A DNA stretch of 64,000 bases from an uncultured Planctomycetia bacterium (GCA_964634945.1 CAZWMG010000003.1:37861-101860); one strand, 5' to 3'; positions 27,980 to 36,865 are shown, counted from the stretch's first letter. A program made the numbers and translations. Notes: generated by a model not told the origin, from the letters alone.

Positions 27980-29348
27980 TCCTAAGCAGGATTAAATCAC
28001 CAAATTTTTCAAAACTTAAAAAATCCTGTCCATATCTTTTCTGTATATCTTGCACGCTCTCTTGCCTTGTAATGAAGTAGATCGGCTTATCGGTTCCTTG
28101 AACCATGAAGGCCTTATCTTTTTTCGGTAAAAATACTGTTATATCATTAAAATAAAAGAGATCCTTATTATCAAAGCCACCGTAAAAATAGACTTGCGAA
28201 CCGTTATCATGCAATTCTTTAACGCGGATTGATGCCGCTTTTACATTAGGCGAAAAATCCAATTTAAATGCCTTGGAAAATGGTATCTGTAAACACGCGA
28301 TTATGAGGAATATAGCTATTGCCGCATAAAACAATTTTCCTTTTACAAATTTAGCGATCGCGATACCCGCGGCTAATGCCAGCGCGGGATATATCGGGAT
28401 AATATACCAATGCAGCTTAGTCTTTACCAAAGAAAAAAGCACGTAGCTTGTTACTATCCAACAAGAAAGCAGGATAGGCCCCCTCTCTCTGTATCTTATG
28501 GCCCGGAAAAAAATATAGGCTGATGATATAAACAACAATACGGACCAAGGCTTATTCTTATTAAAAATCGCTTTTTGATAAAAATTTATACCCCCGACAT
28601 GGCCTTCTATCGCCTGTGTAGCCCTGGTAAATATGTGAAAACCGAAATATTTATCTATCTCTCCTATCCCCGCTATTTTGTACTGCACGAAGTACCACAA
28701 CAGGATAAAAAACAGACTCACCGATACGCCGATTATAAAACGGCGGTTGAATATGCACCCTATTTTTTTAGTCAGTATGGAGTAGGCAAATATTACGAAT
28801 ATCCCTAAACAGGAAGCGAAACCTTTCGCGAAATAGGCAAGTCCAAAGGCAAGGCCTGAATAAAAAAGGTATTTAGCGTTATCCTCTCCCCGCAGAAAAA
28901 GATATATCATAAGCGTAATAAAAAAAGTAAGGGTTACATCTAGCATAGCCATTTTAGCGAAATGCAGATAATGCGGCAGGGCTAAAATAACAAGCGCGGA
29001 TACTAGCCCTGTCTTTTTATTTGACACATATGTACCGAATATATAGACCAACATAACGGTCAATATACCAAAGATAGATGATGTTATACGTGAGGTAAAT
29101 TCGCTGATACCGAACAATTTATAAAAGACGGCTGTAGACCACATGCAAAAAGGCGGTTTTTCAAGAAAAGGCTCTCCACCTAAGGTAAGTGTATGCCACA
29201 CATTATTCTGAGCCATCTCCTTTGCGGGGATCATATAAGCGCATTCATCCCAAGTTGTCAGGCTTCCTGAACCGATATTAAACAGGATGTATGCTGTGGC
29301 AAAGACCAACAAAACTAAGAATAGCCTATCTTTAAAGATTGAATTCAT
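27969..29348 (-). CDS. PMT/ArnT-like GT-C membrane glycosyltransferase (DE motif)
   Basis: 459 aa. TWDECAYMIPAKEM (the classic GT39/GT83 first-loop DE motif), about 11 TM helices and a short C-terminal soluble domain. Confidence 0.65.
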   Translation of the reverse strand: MNSIFKDRLFLVLLVFATAYILFNIGSGSLTTWDECAYMIPAKEMAQNNVWHTLTLGGEPFLEKPPFCMWSTAVFYKLFGISEFTSRITSSIFGILTVMLVYIFGTYVSNKKTGLVSALVILALPHYLHFAKMAMLDVTLTFFITLMIYLFLRGEDNAKYLFYSGLAFGLAYFAKGFASCLGIFVIFAYSILTKKIGCIFNRRFIIGVSVSLFFILLWYFVQYKIAGIGEIDKYFGFHIFTRATQAIEGHVGGINFYQKAIFNKNKPWSVLLFISSAYIFFRAIRYRERGPILLSCWIVTSYVLFSLVKTKLHWYIIPIYPALALAAGIAIAKFVKGKLFYAAIAIFLIIACLQIPFSKAFKLDFSPNVKAASIRVKELHDNGSQVYFYGGFDNKDLFYFNDITVFLPKKDKAFMVQGTDKPIYFITRQESVQDIQKRYGQDFLSFEKFGDLILLRNDE

Positions 29349-29352
29349 TTTT

Positions 29353-29604
29353 TTACGCCAATTCTATACTGCGATGTTTATTAAGCGTGCGTTTAATATA
29401 ACCTTTTTTTTCAAGGGCAAGAAGCTTATCCACGGCGCTCTTATAGGAAACAATGCCACATGCCTGCTGTATCTCTCGTATATACGGCGCATGTTTATTC
29501 TTACCCATATGATCCTTAATAAAAACAAATACTTGCGCCTGTTTCGTTGTCAGCTTTATCTTATCCATAGCTATACCCAGTCCTCTCCTGTCTGCCTCAA
29601 CCAT
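29353..29604 (-). CDS. LexA N-terminal-like winged-helix DNA-binding protein (stand-alone, no peptidase domain)
   Basis: 83 aa. LTTKQAQVFVFIKDHMGKNKHAPYIREIQQACGIVSYKSAVDKLLALEKKGYIKR parallels the LexA DNA-binding domain (LTxRQxEVLxFI...GYPPSxREI...S.S.V..HL.ALE.KGYI.R). The true start is probably the second Met (MDKIKL, about 29568), which removes the overlap with the upstream epimerase. Confidence 0.5.
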   Translation of the reverse strand: MVEADRRGLGIAMDKIKLTTKQAQVFVFIKDHMGKNKHAPYIREIQQACGIVSYKSAVDKLLALEKKGYIKRTLNKHRSIELA

Positions 29605-30626
29605 TCATAGATATCTTCCAGTATCTTTTCTCTGCTTTTCTTAGGGGCCCAATGGTAATCACGGCTTATCTTCCTGTTGTCAGTTATATATACAGGCAGA
29701 TCAAAAGGCCTGTTCTCTTTACGCGAATTAATCCTGATCTTATTGCCTGTTATAGCTTCGCAGAGAGTGGTTGTTTCAAGCAAAGACAACGATACTTTTT
29801 CACCTCCGCCGACATTATAAACCTTTCCATTACCCTTAGGCATATTATTTATCTGGAGGCTCAGCAATTCACAGAGATCGTCTATATGCAAAAGATCTCT
29901 TACCTGCTTGCCCTTGCCGTGGTAACCGATATAGGATAAAGGCCTTTTAAAATAGTGGCGCTTCATCCAGAGGCTAAATACCCCCTGGTCAACCTTGCCG
30001 AATTGCCATGGCCCTGCTATCACCCCGCAGCGGTTGATAATGCCTTTTATGTGGTAATTCCTAATATATTCGGTGATAAGCAACTCACAGGAAAGCTTTG
30101 TTGCCCCATATAGGCTTTTTGGGCCTTCAAGAGAAAAATCAGTATCAATCCCTTTACCTGAGAAGCCAACGCGTTTTTGATTATCCCTCCAAACAAATCT
30201 GGTCTTTTCCTCTTTTATCTTTAAGTCCGCTATCGCTTCATAAGGGTATACCCTGCTTGTTGATAGAAAAATAAAATCCGCTCTCTTTTTTCTTGCCAAT
30301 TCAAGGCAGTTTATTGTACCTATCAGGTTTGTATTGATAACATATTCCGGACTTACTGTAATGTCAGCAAGTACTGACGGCTCTGCTGAAGCCTCTATGA
30401 TAAGATCTATCTCCCTGCCTATCGCGAGGTCTTCCTTGCAGCGTATGTCGCCATGGAGAAAAGAAACCCCTTCGCTCTTTAGCCTTTTAATATTGAGCTC
30501 AGAACCCCTTCTCATCAAATTATCCAGCGCTATTATGTTAGCCTTAGGGTGTATCTTCTTAAGATAAACCGCTATATTGCTGCCTATAAAACCCGCCCCG
30601 CCTGTTATAAGAATATCTTTATACAT
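29571..30626 (-). CDS. NAD-dependent epimerase/dehydratase, CDP-paratose 2-epimerase (Tyv/RfbE)-like
   Basis: 351 aa. [10 protein letters not shown] start. The C-terminal [28 protein letters not shown]...[21 protein letters not shown] follows the tyvelose-epimerase C-terminal pattern as I recall it. Confidence 0.7.
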   Translation of the reverse strand: MYKDILITGGAGFIGSNIAVYLKKIHPKANIIALDNLMRRGSELNIKRLKSEGVSFLHGDIRCKEDLAIGREIDLIIEASAEPSVLADITVSPEYVINTNLIGTINCLELARKKRADFIFLSTSRVYPYEAIADLKIKEEKTRFVWRDNQKRVGFSGKGIDTDFSLEGPKSLYGATKLSCELLITEYIRNYHIKGIINRCGVIAGPWQFGKVDQGVFSLWMKRHYFKRPLSYIGYHGKGKQVRDLLHIDDLCELLSLQINNMPKGNGKVYNVGGGEKVSLSLLETTTLCEAITGNKIRINSRKENRPFDLPVYITDNRKISRDYHWAPKKSREKILEDIYEWLRQTGEDWV

Positions 30627-31674
30627 CGATCCTGGCCTCCATCTCTTTACACATGCGCTTTAATATCTTATCTATGTCATAAGCAAAATTCCACTTCGGA
30701 TAATGGTTCTTGAACTTAGATATATCAGATATATACCAGATATGGTCACCTATCCTCTGCTTTTGTGAATATTCAATATTAGCCTTTTTATTAGTAATAG
30801 CCTCTATCTTTTTTATGGCCTCGAGCATTGATATATTAGAATACCTTGAACCACCTATATTATAGACCTCACCCACCCTTGGATTATTGTAAAAATAATA
30901 AAACGCGTTTACCAGATCATAAGAATCTATATTATCTCTGACCTGTTTGCCTTTATATCCATTTATGGTATACTTTTCACCCTTTATAATACATCTTATC
31001 AAATATGCCAGAAACCCATGCAATTTAGCGCCGGAATGGCACGGGCCGGTTAAACACCCTCCCCTAAAAGAGGCTGTCTTTAGATTAAAATATCTACCAT
31101 ACTCCTGGACAAGCAGGTCAGCCGCTGCTTTTGAAACCCCAAAGAGACTATGGGTAGAATTATCTATGCTCATTGTCTCATCAATACCTTTATAAAATCT
31201 ATGCTCTTTGCCAAGCTCATATCTGGAGTCAGTCTCAATCAGAGGAAGTTTATTAGGGGTATCTCCGTAAACCTTATTCGTTGATGTAAAGATAAATACC
31301 GCCTCAGGGCAATAGCGCCTGAAGGCCTCTAACAGGATCAGTGTGCCGTTAGCGTTAACAGTAAAATCTGTCTCAGGCGAAGATGCTGCCCAATCATGGG
31401 ATGGTTGCGCCGCTGTATGAATAATGAGGTCAAATTTATAGCGCGTAAAGATCTCGTCAACCTTAGCCTTATCCCTTATATCTATTTCATGGTGGAGATA
31501 ACCAGGGACTTCCTTGATAAGAAGGTCTCTATTCCATAAGGTACTGGCTTCATCACCAAAAAAGGCCTTACGCATATCATTATCAATGCCCACAACTTCA
31601 AAGCCTTTTTGAGAGAAGAATCTTACCGCTTCAGACCCTATCAAGCCTGCTGAACCTGTTACTAGTATCTTCAT
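30619..31674 (-). CDS. NAD-dependent epimerase/dehydratase, second Tyv/RfbE-like paralogue
   Basis: 351 aa. [11 protein letters not shown]...[12 protein letters not shown]...YxxxK region. Same family as the neighbouring gene. Confidence 0.7.
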   Translation of the reverse strand: MKILVTGSAGLIGSEAVRFFSQKGFEVVGIDNDMRKAFFGDEASTLWNRDLLIKEVPGYLHHEIDIRDKAKVDEIFTRYKFDLIIHTAAQPSHDWAASSPETDFTVNANGTLILLEAFRRYCPEAVFIFTSTNKVYGDTPNKLPLIETDSRYELGKEHRFYKGIDETMSIDNSTHSLFGVSKAAADLLVQEYGRYFNLKTASFRGGCLTGPCHSGAKLHGFLAYLIRCIIKGEKYTINGYKGKQVRDNIDSYDLVNAFYYFYNNPRVGEVYNIGGSRYSNISMLEAIKKIEAITNKKANIEYSQKQRIGDHIWYISDISKFKNHYPKWNFAYDIDKILKRMCKEMEARIDV

Positions 31675-31693
31675 ATCAAAATATCCTTTAGCA

Positions 31694-31885
31694 TTAAAAG
31701 AGCGTGTAAATAAACGGTGCGACTGCTGAAGATTCAGTAAAAATAATTAGAAACCCTAAGAGCAACAATACAATAATAATCGGGGCAAGCCACCAACGTT
31801 TTCTCACCTTCATAAAATCCCATAGTTCTTTCAATACGCCTATCTTTCCCATGTTATTCTCCTTTATTACAGTTAAAAAGTTCAA
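31694..31885 (-). CDS. small single-TM protein of the carbamoyltransferase-associated family (SxtK/DUF5989-like)
   Basis: 63 aa. [51 protein letters not shown] is the conserved pattern of the small protein that accompanies NodU/CmcH-type carbamoyltransferases. Confidence 0.55.
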   Translation of the reverse strand: MNFLTVIKENNMGKIGVLKELWDFMKVRKRWWLAPIIIVLLLLGFLIIFTESSAVAPFIYTLF

Positions 31886-31942
31886 AAGCTTTAAAGGTTA
31901 AAAGGTTGTATACTAAACTTCTCCCTTTGCTTTTTACTTTAT

Positions 31943-32317
31943 TCAATACTGTTTTTCAAATGTCGCAACATCGTCTTCTCTGTCTCTGCCAATCCAATAT
32001 GAATCTCTTTCTCTATCAATATCCCTATCAAGGGTATCTTTCTTAAGAATTCTCATAACTATACCTATAGGGGTAATAACTATAAAAAATATTATTGATA
32101 AAAAAACAGATACAATGAGCCCCCCTATCACATCTGTTATCCGCTTAAATATATTTGGTAGAAATCCCCCTACTATAAATAAAAATCCAGCTAAGAAATA
32201 AAGAAATCTGTAAAACCCTGTATGCCCTTTAATCAAATGCAGGGTAGCTATAAGAGTTAAGACAAGCCCGCCGATTATAGCATTTCTTCTTATTTTATTT
32301 GTTTCAATCTTATTCAT
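31943..32317 (-). CDS. small membrane protein of the carbamoyltransferase-associated family (SxtJ-like)
   Basis: About 125 aa starting MNKIETNKIRRN, with two hydrophobic helices. The ORF track extends it to a GTG at 32377, which only adds an EVTKVTEVTKVT translation of a 9-bp tandem DNA repeat. The ATG at 32317 has an AAAGG Shine-Dalgarno. Confidence 0.5.
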   Translation of the reverse strand: MNKIETNKIRRNAIIGGLVLTLIATLHLIKGHTGFYRFLYFLAGFLFIVGGFLPNIFKRITDVIGGLIVSVFLSIIFFIVITPIGIVMRILKKDTLDRDIDRERDSYWIGRDREDDVATFEKQY

Positions 32318-32318
32318 C

Positions 32319-32354
32319 GTAACCTTTGTAACCTCTGTAACCTTTGTAACCTCA
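32319..32354. repeat. 4 tandem copies of a 9-bp unit (GTAACCTTT/GTAACCTCT) filling the intergenic gap
   Basis: Read directly: gtaaccttt gtaacctct gtaaccttt gtaacctca. On the coding (minus) strand this reads GAGGTTAC/AAAGGTTAC, so each unit carries a Shine-Dalgarno-like GAGG or AAGG. Confidence 0.8.
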
Positions 32355-32357
32355 ATA

Positions 32358-34187
32358 TCAGTCCGGCTCAAACTCACTTAAATCTCCCACCTGTATCTCT
32401 GAAGAATTTTGATCTCTCTTATCCAAAAGAAAATTGCCCATAACAAGGTAATCCATATTAGTTCTCATAAAACATTTATAAGCATCTTCCGGGGAGCAGA
32501 CCACGGGCTCGCCCCTAACATTAAAAGATGTGTTTATAACCACAGGAGATCCTGTTAATTTATAAAATTCATCTATCATATCATAATATCGCGGATTATC
32601 GCCTCTCTTTATTGTCTGCACCCTTGCCGAATAATCAACATGCGTTATGGCCGGAACATCAGAGCGTTTTATTTTAAGCTTTTCAATACCAAATAGCTTC
32701 TTCTGCTCCTGATTAAGAGGTAAACGCCTCTCCTCTTTAATAGAAGCCACCAAAAGCATGTACTGGCTTTCGCAATTTAAGTCAAAATAGTCCTGAGCAT
32801 GTTCTAATAATATTGTGGGCGCGAACGGCCTGAACGACTCTCTAAATTTTATCTTTTGATTGATTATAGATTGCATGGCTGCTGAACGCGCGTCGCCTAA
32901 TATAGAACGGGCGCCTAAAGCCCTTGGCCCATACTCCATTCTTCCTTGAAACCACCCCAAAACCTTCTGATCGGATATTATTTGAGCCGCGCACTTAGGC
33001 ATATCCTTGGCACTTAATTTTTCATATTTAATATTATTTTTCTTTAGATAAGATTCTATTTCACTATCGCTAAAGGAGGGGCCCAGCAAGGCCGCCTTCA
33101 TTGAATCAGAAAAACCATCAACTATTCTCTCTTTTTTCAGATATCCGTGCCATATCGCTAATGCCGCGCCTAAGGCGCCGCCTGCATCTGATGCGGAAGG
33201 CTGTATCCATATATTTTCAAATATATCTTTCTGTAATATTCTTCCATTAGCTACGCAATTTAGCGCAACCCCTCCTGCCAAACAGAGGTTTTTTTGTTTT
33301 GTCTTGGTTCTAATGTGGCTTGCTATCTTAAGGACAACATCCTCTGTAACCTGCTGTATGGAAGCAGCTATATCCATATGACGCTGCTCTAAATCGCTTA
33401 CATCGGGCTCTCTAGCGGGACCACCAAATAACTTATCAAAGCGCTTGTTGGTCATAGTAAGCCCTGTGCAGTAATTAAAGTAGCTCATATCCAGTTTAAA
33501 AGAACCGTCTTCCTTGATATCTATGAGTTTTTCCTTTATCAAATCAGCGTACTTAGGCTCACCATACGGCGCGAGCCCCATAAGCTTATACTCACCGGAG
33601 TTAACCTTAAAACCTATATAATAAGTAAACGCCGAGTACAAGAGCCCTAAAGAATGCGGAAACTTAAGCTCCGCTAATATGCTGATATCCTTGCCTTTTC
33701 CAATGCCATAGCTCGCGGTCGCCCATTCACCAACACCATCTATGGTGAGTATAGCCGCTTCTTTAAATGGCGATGGATAAAACGCGCTTGCCGCATGTGA
33801 TTGGTGGTGCTCAGGGAACAAGACCTTAGAATGGCATTTAAGCTTACCCTCAATAAAACTTCTCATAAATATCTTATGCTTAATCCATGGCGGCATGGCT
33901 AATAGAAATGATTTTAAACCGGACGGGGCATAGCTTAGATAAGTCATAAGAAGTCTCTCGAACTTTATAAATGGCTTATCATAAAAAGCGACATAATCTA
34001 TATCGGAAGTAGCAATGCCTGCTTCTTTCATGCAATAGTCTATGGCTAATTGTGGAAAACCATGATCATGCTTTTTGCGGCTGAAGCGCTCTTCTTGGAC
34101 AGCTGCTATTATTTCGCCATCCCTTATCAGGGCAGCTGCGGAATCATGATAAAACGCGGATATTCCTAATATGTAGGTAGGTTTCAT
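32358..34187 (-). CDS. carbamoyltransferase (NodU/NolO/CmcH/SxtI family)
   Basis: 609 aa. MKPTYILGISAFYHDSAAALIRDGEIIAAVQEERFSRKKHD is the hallmark N-terminus of the family. The length and the C-terminal YrdC-like region are consistent. Confidence 0.85.
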   Translation of the reverse strand: MKPTYILGISAFYHDSAAALIRDGEIIAAVQEERFSRKKHDHGFPQLAIDYCMKEAGIATSDIDYVAFYDKPFIKFERLLMTYLSYAPSGLKSFLLAMPPWIKHKIFMRSFIEGKLKCHSKVLFPEHHQSHAASAFYPSPFKEAAILTIDGVGEWATASYGIGKGKDISILAELKFPHSLGLLYSAFTYYIGFKVNSGEYKLMGLAPYGEPKYADLIKEKLIDIKEDGSFKLDMSYFNYCTGLTMTNKRFDKLFGGPAREPDVSDLEQRHMDIAASIQQVTEDVVLKIASHIRTKTKQKNLCLAGGVALNCVANGRILQKDIFENIWIQPSASDAGGALGAALAIWHGYLKKERIVDGFSDSMKAALLGPSFSDSEIESYLKKNNIKYEKLSAKDMPKCAAQIISDQKVLGWFQGRMEYGPRALGARSILGDARSAAMQSIINQKIKFRESFRPFAPTILLEHAQDYFDLNCESQYMLLVASIKEERRLPLNQEQKKLFGIEKLKIKRSDVPAITHVDYSARVQTIKRGDNPRYYDMIDEFYKLTGSPVVINTSFNVRGEPVVCSPEDAYKCFMRTNMDYLVMGNFLLDKRDQNSSEIQVGDLSEFEPD

Positions 34188-34223
34188 TATATTATACTAT
34201 ACATTAAATCTGTTTTTTTGCTT

Positions 34224-34772
34224 TTATTTGGTAAAATAACCCTTGTCAGTGATAATATGAAACACTTTCTCAATACTTTCTTCCACGGATTCCTTGTCTG
34301 TCTCAAGCACTAGCTCAGGGTCAGTCGGCTCTTCAAACGGGTCATCGACACCTGTAAAATTGACTATATCGCCATTCATCGCCTTTTTATACATACCCTT
34401 TACATCACGTTCTTTACATACCTCAACAGGACATTTCACATAAATTTCAATAAAATTTGAGGTATTATCTCTGGCATTTTGACGTTTTTTCCTATAGGGC
34501 GAAACAAAAGAGACGAGTGTCGCGACATTGTTTCTTGAAAGGAGCTTCGCCACAAAAGTCACTCTTTCGATATTCTCGTCTCTATCTTCTTTGGAAAAAC
34601 CAAGGTCACGAGTTAAGCTCTGGCGCACTATATCGCCATCAAGCATCTCCGCTCTTGTGCCTTGCGCCTTTAGCCTCTTTAAAACAGCATTGGCAATAGT
34701 CGTCTTTCCTGAGCACGGAAGGCCCGTAAACCAAAGGGTAAAACCTGCGTTATTACTCTTATTCATAAGCAC
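34224..34772 (-). CDS. cysC: adenylyl-sulfate (APS) kinase-family P-loop kinase (CysC-like)
   Basis: 182 aa. GFTLWFTGLPCSGKTTIANAV...LDGDIVRQSL..GFS..DR.ENIRRV is a textbook CysC layout. The substrate could differ: CysC homologues in capsule loci can phosphorylate other nucleotides. Confidence 0.8.
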   Translation of the reverse strand: MLMNKSNNAGFTLWFTGLPCSGKTTIANAVLKRLKAQGTRAEMLDGDIVRQSLTRDLGFSKEDRDENIERVTFVAKLLSRNNVATLVSFVSPYRKKRQNARDNTSNFIEIYVKCPVEVCKERDVKGMYKKAMNGDIVNFTGVDDPFEEPTDPELVLETDKESVEESIEKVFHIITDKGYFTK

Positions 34773-34847
34773 GCCTTTCTATACTAGTAAATCATATTAT
34801 TAGTAGAAATATTACCATATTTCCATATCATAGTCAATATTTTATAG

Positions 34848-34877
34848 TTGATAAAAACCTGCTTAATGTGCTATAAT
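34848..34877 (+). promoter_or_regulatory. putative extended -10 sigma70 promoter for the plus-strand island
   Basis: TTGATA (34848-34853), an 18 nt spacer, then TGcTATAAT (34869-34877), followed by AAAGGA (Shine-Dalgarno) and the ATG at 34903. Confidence 0.4.
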
Positions 34878-34902
34878 TTTAACAAATGCAAAGGAAAAAA
34901 TT

Positions 34903-35625
34903 ATGGACTTATCTATTGTAATACCCGCCTTTAATGAAGAGGCTCACCTCTCTTCTACATTCAAGGATATAGCGCAACACTTAAAGGCCAGGGCCTATAG
35001 CTATGAAGTGATAGTGGTAGATGACGGCTCGACAGACAATACAGCTAAGATAATAACCTCAGGCTCGGAAATATTTGAATCCTTTACAAGCCTTAAGAAT
35101 TCATTGAACCAAGGCAAAGGCTATTCTGTAAAAAAAGGCGTCCTGGCCGCACAAGGAGATTACGTACTGTTTATGGACGCTGATAACTCAACGCGCATAG
35201 ATCAGCTGGAAAAATTAATGCTTGGTATGAGGCAGGGCTTTGATATCGCTATGGGCTCAAGGCGCATACATGGGGCGGAAGTCGCGGCTTCACAACCATT
35301 TTACCGAATATTCTTAGGCAATATATATATACTGCTTTCCAAGCTAATCCTGCAATCCAATGTGCAGGATTATAATTGCGGTTTTAAATTATATAAAAAA
35401 GAGGCCGCAAGACTCATATTCTCAAGGCTTACAATGAATAATTGGAGTTTTGATTCCGAGCTTATCTTCCTAATATCTAAGTTTAATCTCAACGCAATAG
35501 AGGTTCCTGTTAAATGGGTCGATAAGAGCAAGACCTCAAAAGTAAGGCCCTTACAGGATGGCATCAACTCCCTGCTCAGCCTCTTCGCAATCCGATTAAA
35601 CACTATTAGAAAAGTCTATGAATAA
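34903..35625 (+). CDS. GT2 polyprenol-phosphate sugar synthase-like glycosyltransferase (Dpm1/GtrB/ArnC type), plus-strand paralogue
   Basis: 240 aa. LSIVIPAFNEEAHL...VIVVDDGSTDNT...MDADNST. A paralogue of 27257-27979. Confidence 0.7.
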   Translation: MDLSIVIPAFNEEAHLSSTFKDIAQHLKARAYSYEVIVVDDGSTDNTAKIITSGSEIFESFTSLKNSLNQGKGYSVKKGVLAAQGDYVLFMDADNSTRIDQLEKLMLGMRQGFDIAMGSRRIHGAEVAASQPFYRIFLGNIYILLSKLILQSNVQDYNCGFKLYKKEAARLIFSRLTMNNWSFDSELIFLISKFNLNAIEVPVKWVDKSKTSKVRPLQDGINSLLSLFAIRLNTIRKVYE

Positions 35626-35675
35626 CATAAGGAATATTGTTGACAAAGACTCAATTTTCGCCTAAAATGTAAACC

Positions 35676-36860
35676 ATGAAATACATACCTCGCTTACAAG
35701 AAAAAGTTATTGCCGAATCAATACAACGCGGTAAGAGCGTCCTTCTACTGGGAGCAAGGCAAACAGGCAAAACAACTCTCATAAACAGGTTAAAGCACGA
35801 TCTTTCAATCTCACTAGTTCGTCCGGATATTAGGCAAAGATATGAAAAGGAACCTCAACTCTTGTCCGGTGAAGCAGAAGCTATAAATAAAAAAAGCACT
35901 AAAAGCAAACCTTTAATCCTGCTTGACGAGGTGCAAAAGGCACCCAAGCTTTTAGACGTGGCTCAAGATATTATCGACCGCGGCATAGCGAACTTCGTCT
36001 TTACAGGTTCATCAGCAAGAAAACTCTACAGGGACACAAAAATAAATCTGCTACCGGGCAGGGTAGTGAACTGCAGATTAGCCCCCTTTATACTGCGTGA
36101 GATTGGAGCTAATAATCTAAAAGAAGTCCTTCTCTTCGGTACGCTTCCCGGGATTATGGCAACTGATAAACCAAGGCATAAAGAAATCGATTTGGAATCT
36201 TATGTCACCATATACCTTGAAGAAGAAGTGCGGACAGAAGCACTTGTGCGAAATATCGGCTCATTTGCGCGCTTCTTGGAGTATGCCGCATCGGAATCCG
36301 GCAATATCGTCAATTTTAGAAAGCTCTCTCAGGAAATCGGAGTCTCGCATACCACAATAAAAGAATATTATCAAATTCTTGAAGATTGCCTAATTATAGA
36401 GAGAGTAGATCCTCTTACACAAAGCCGCACAAGAAAAAGGCTTACTAAATCCAGCAGATATTTGTTCTTTGACATGGGCGTGAGAAGAGCGGCTGCTGGT
36501 GAAGGGGTAAAACTACCTAGAGAACGTTTCGGCAATCTTTTAGAACAGTTCGTAGGACTTGAGCTTATCCGCTGCGCACGCTTAGCAAATAATAAAACAA
36601 AAATACTTTTCTGGCGCGATCCTGATGGGCCTGAAGTAGACTGGATAATAGAGCAGGATGGCTCTTATATCCCTATTGAGGTGAAATGGTCTGACGCCCC
36701 ATCCAAAAAAAATATAAAACATCTTAAGGTTTTCCTTGCTGAGTATAGCAAAAAAGCAGAAATAGCTTATCTGGTATGTCAAGTCCCCAGAAAAGTTAAG
36801 CTTGATAAAAATATCTTTGCTATTCCATGGCAAGAGATTAACACCTTAATACTCAATTAA
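35676..36860 (+). CDS. AAA-family ATPase with DUF4143 C-terminal domain (COG1373-type)
   Basis: 394 aa. The Walker A GARQTGKTTL, the Walker B LLDEVQ, and a C-terminal region with a conserved Trp typical of DUF4143. Confidence 0.75.
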   Translation: MKYIPRLQEKVIAESIQRGKSVLLLGARQTGKTTLINRLKHDLSISLVRPDIRQRYEKEPQLLSGEAEAINKKSTKSKPLILLDEVQKAPKLLDVAQDIIDRGIANFVFTGSSARKLYRDTKINLLPGRVVNCRLAPFILREIGANNLKEVLLFGTLPGIMATDKPRHKEIDLESYVTIYLEEEVRTEALVRNIGSFARFLEYAASESGNIVNFRKLSQEIGVSHTTIKEYYQILEDCLIIERVDPLTQSRTRKRLTKSSRYLFFDMGVRRAAAGEGVKLPRERFGNLLEQFVGLELIRCARLANNKTKILFWRDPDGPEVDWIIEQDGSYIPIEVKWSDAPSKKNIKHLKVFLAEYSKKAEIAYLVCQVPRKVKLDKNIFAIPWQEINTLILN

Positions 36861-36865
36861 AGCGT

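Noticed and set aside
32318-32377. N-terminal EVTKVTEVTKVT extension of the SxtJ-like ORF from a GTG start
   Set aside because: It is the translation of a 9-bp tandem DNA repeat and overlaps the carbamoyltransferase end. The ATG at 32317 with an AAAGG ribosome-binding site is the more plausible start.
35676-36860. DUF4143 AAA-ATPase as a marker of a mobile element or defence island
   Set aside because: No integrase, transposase, terminal inverted repeats, tRNA target or toxin/nuclease partner is present in the island. I kept it only as a possible insertion (see finding), not as a mobile element call.
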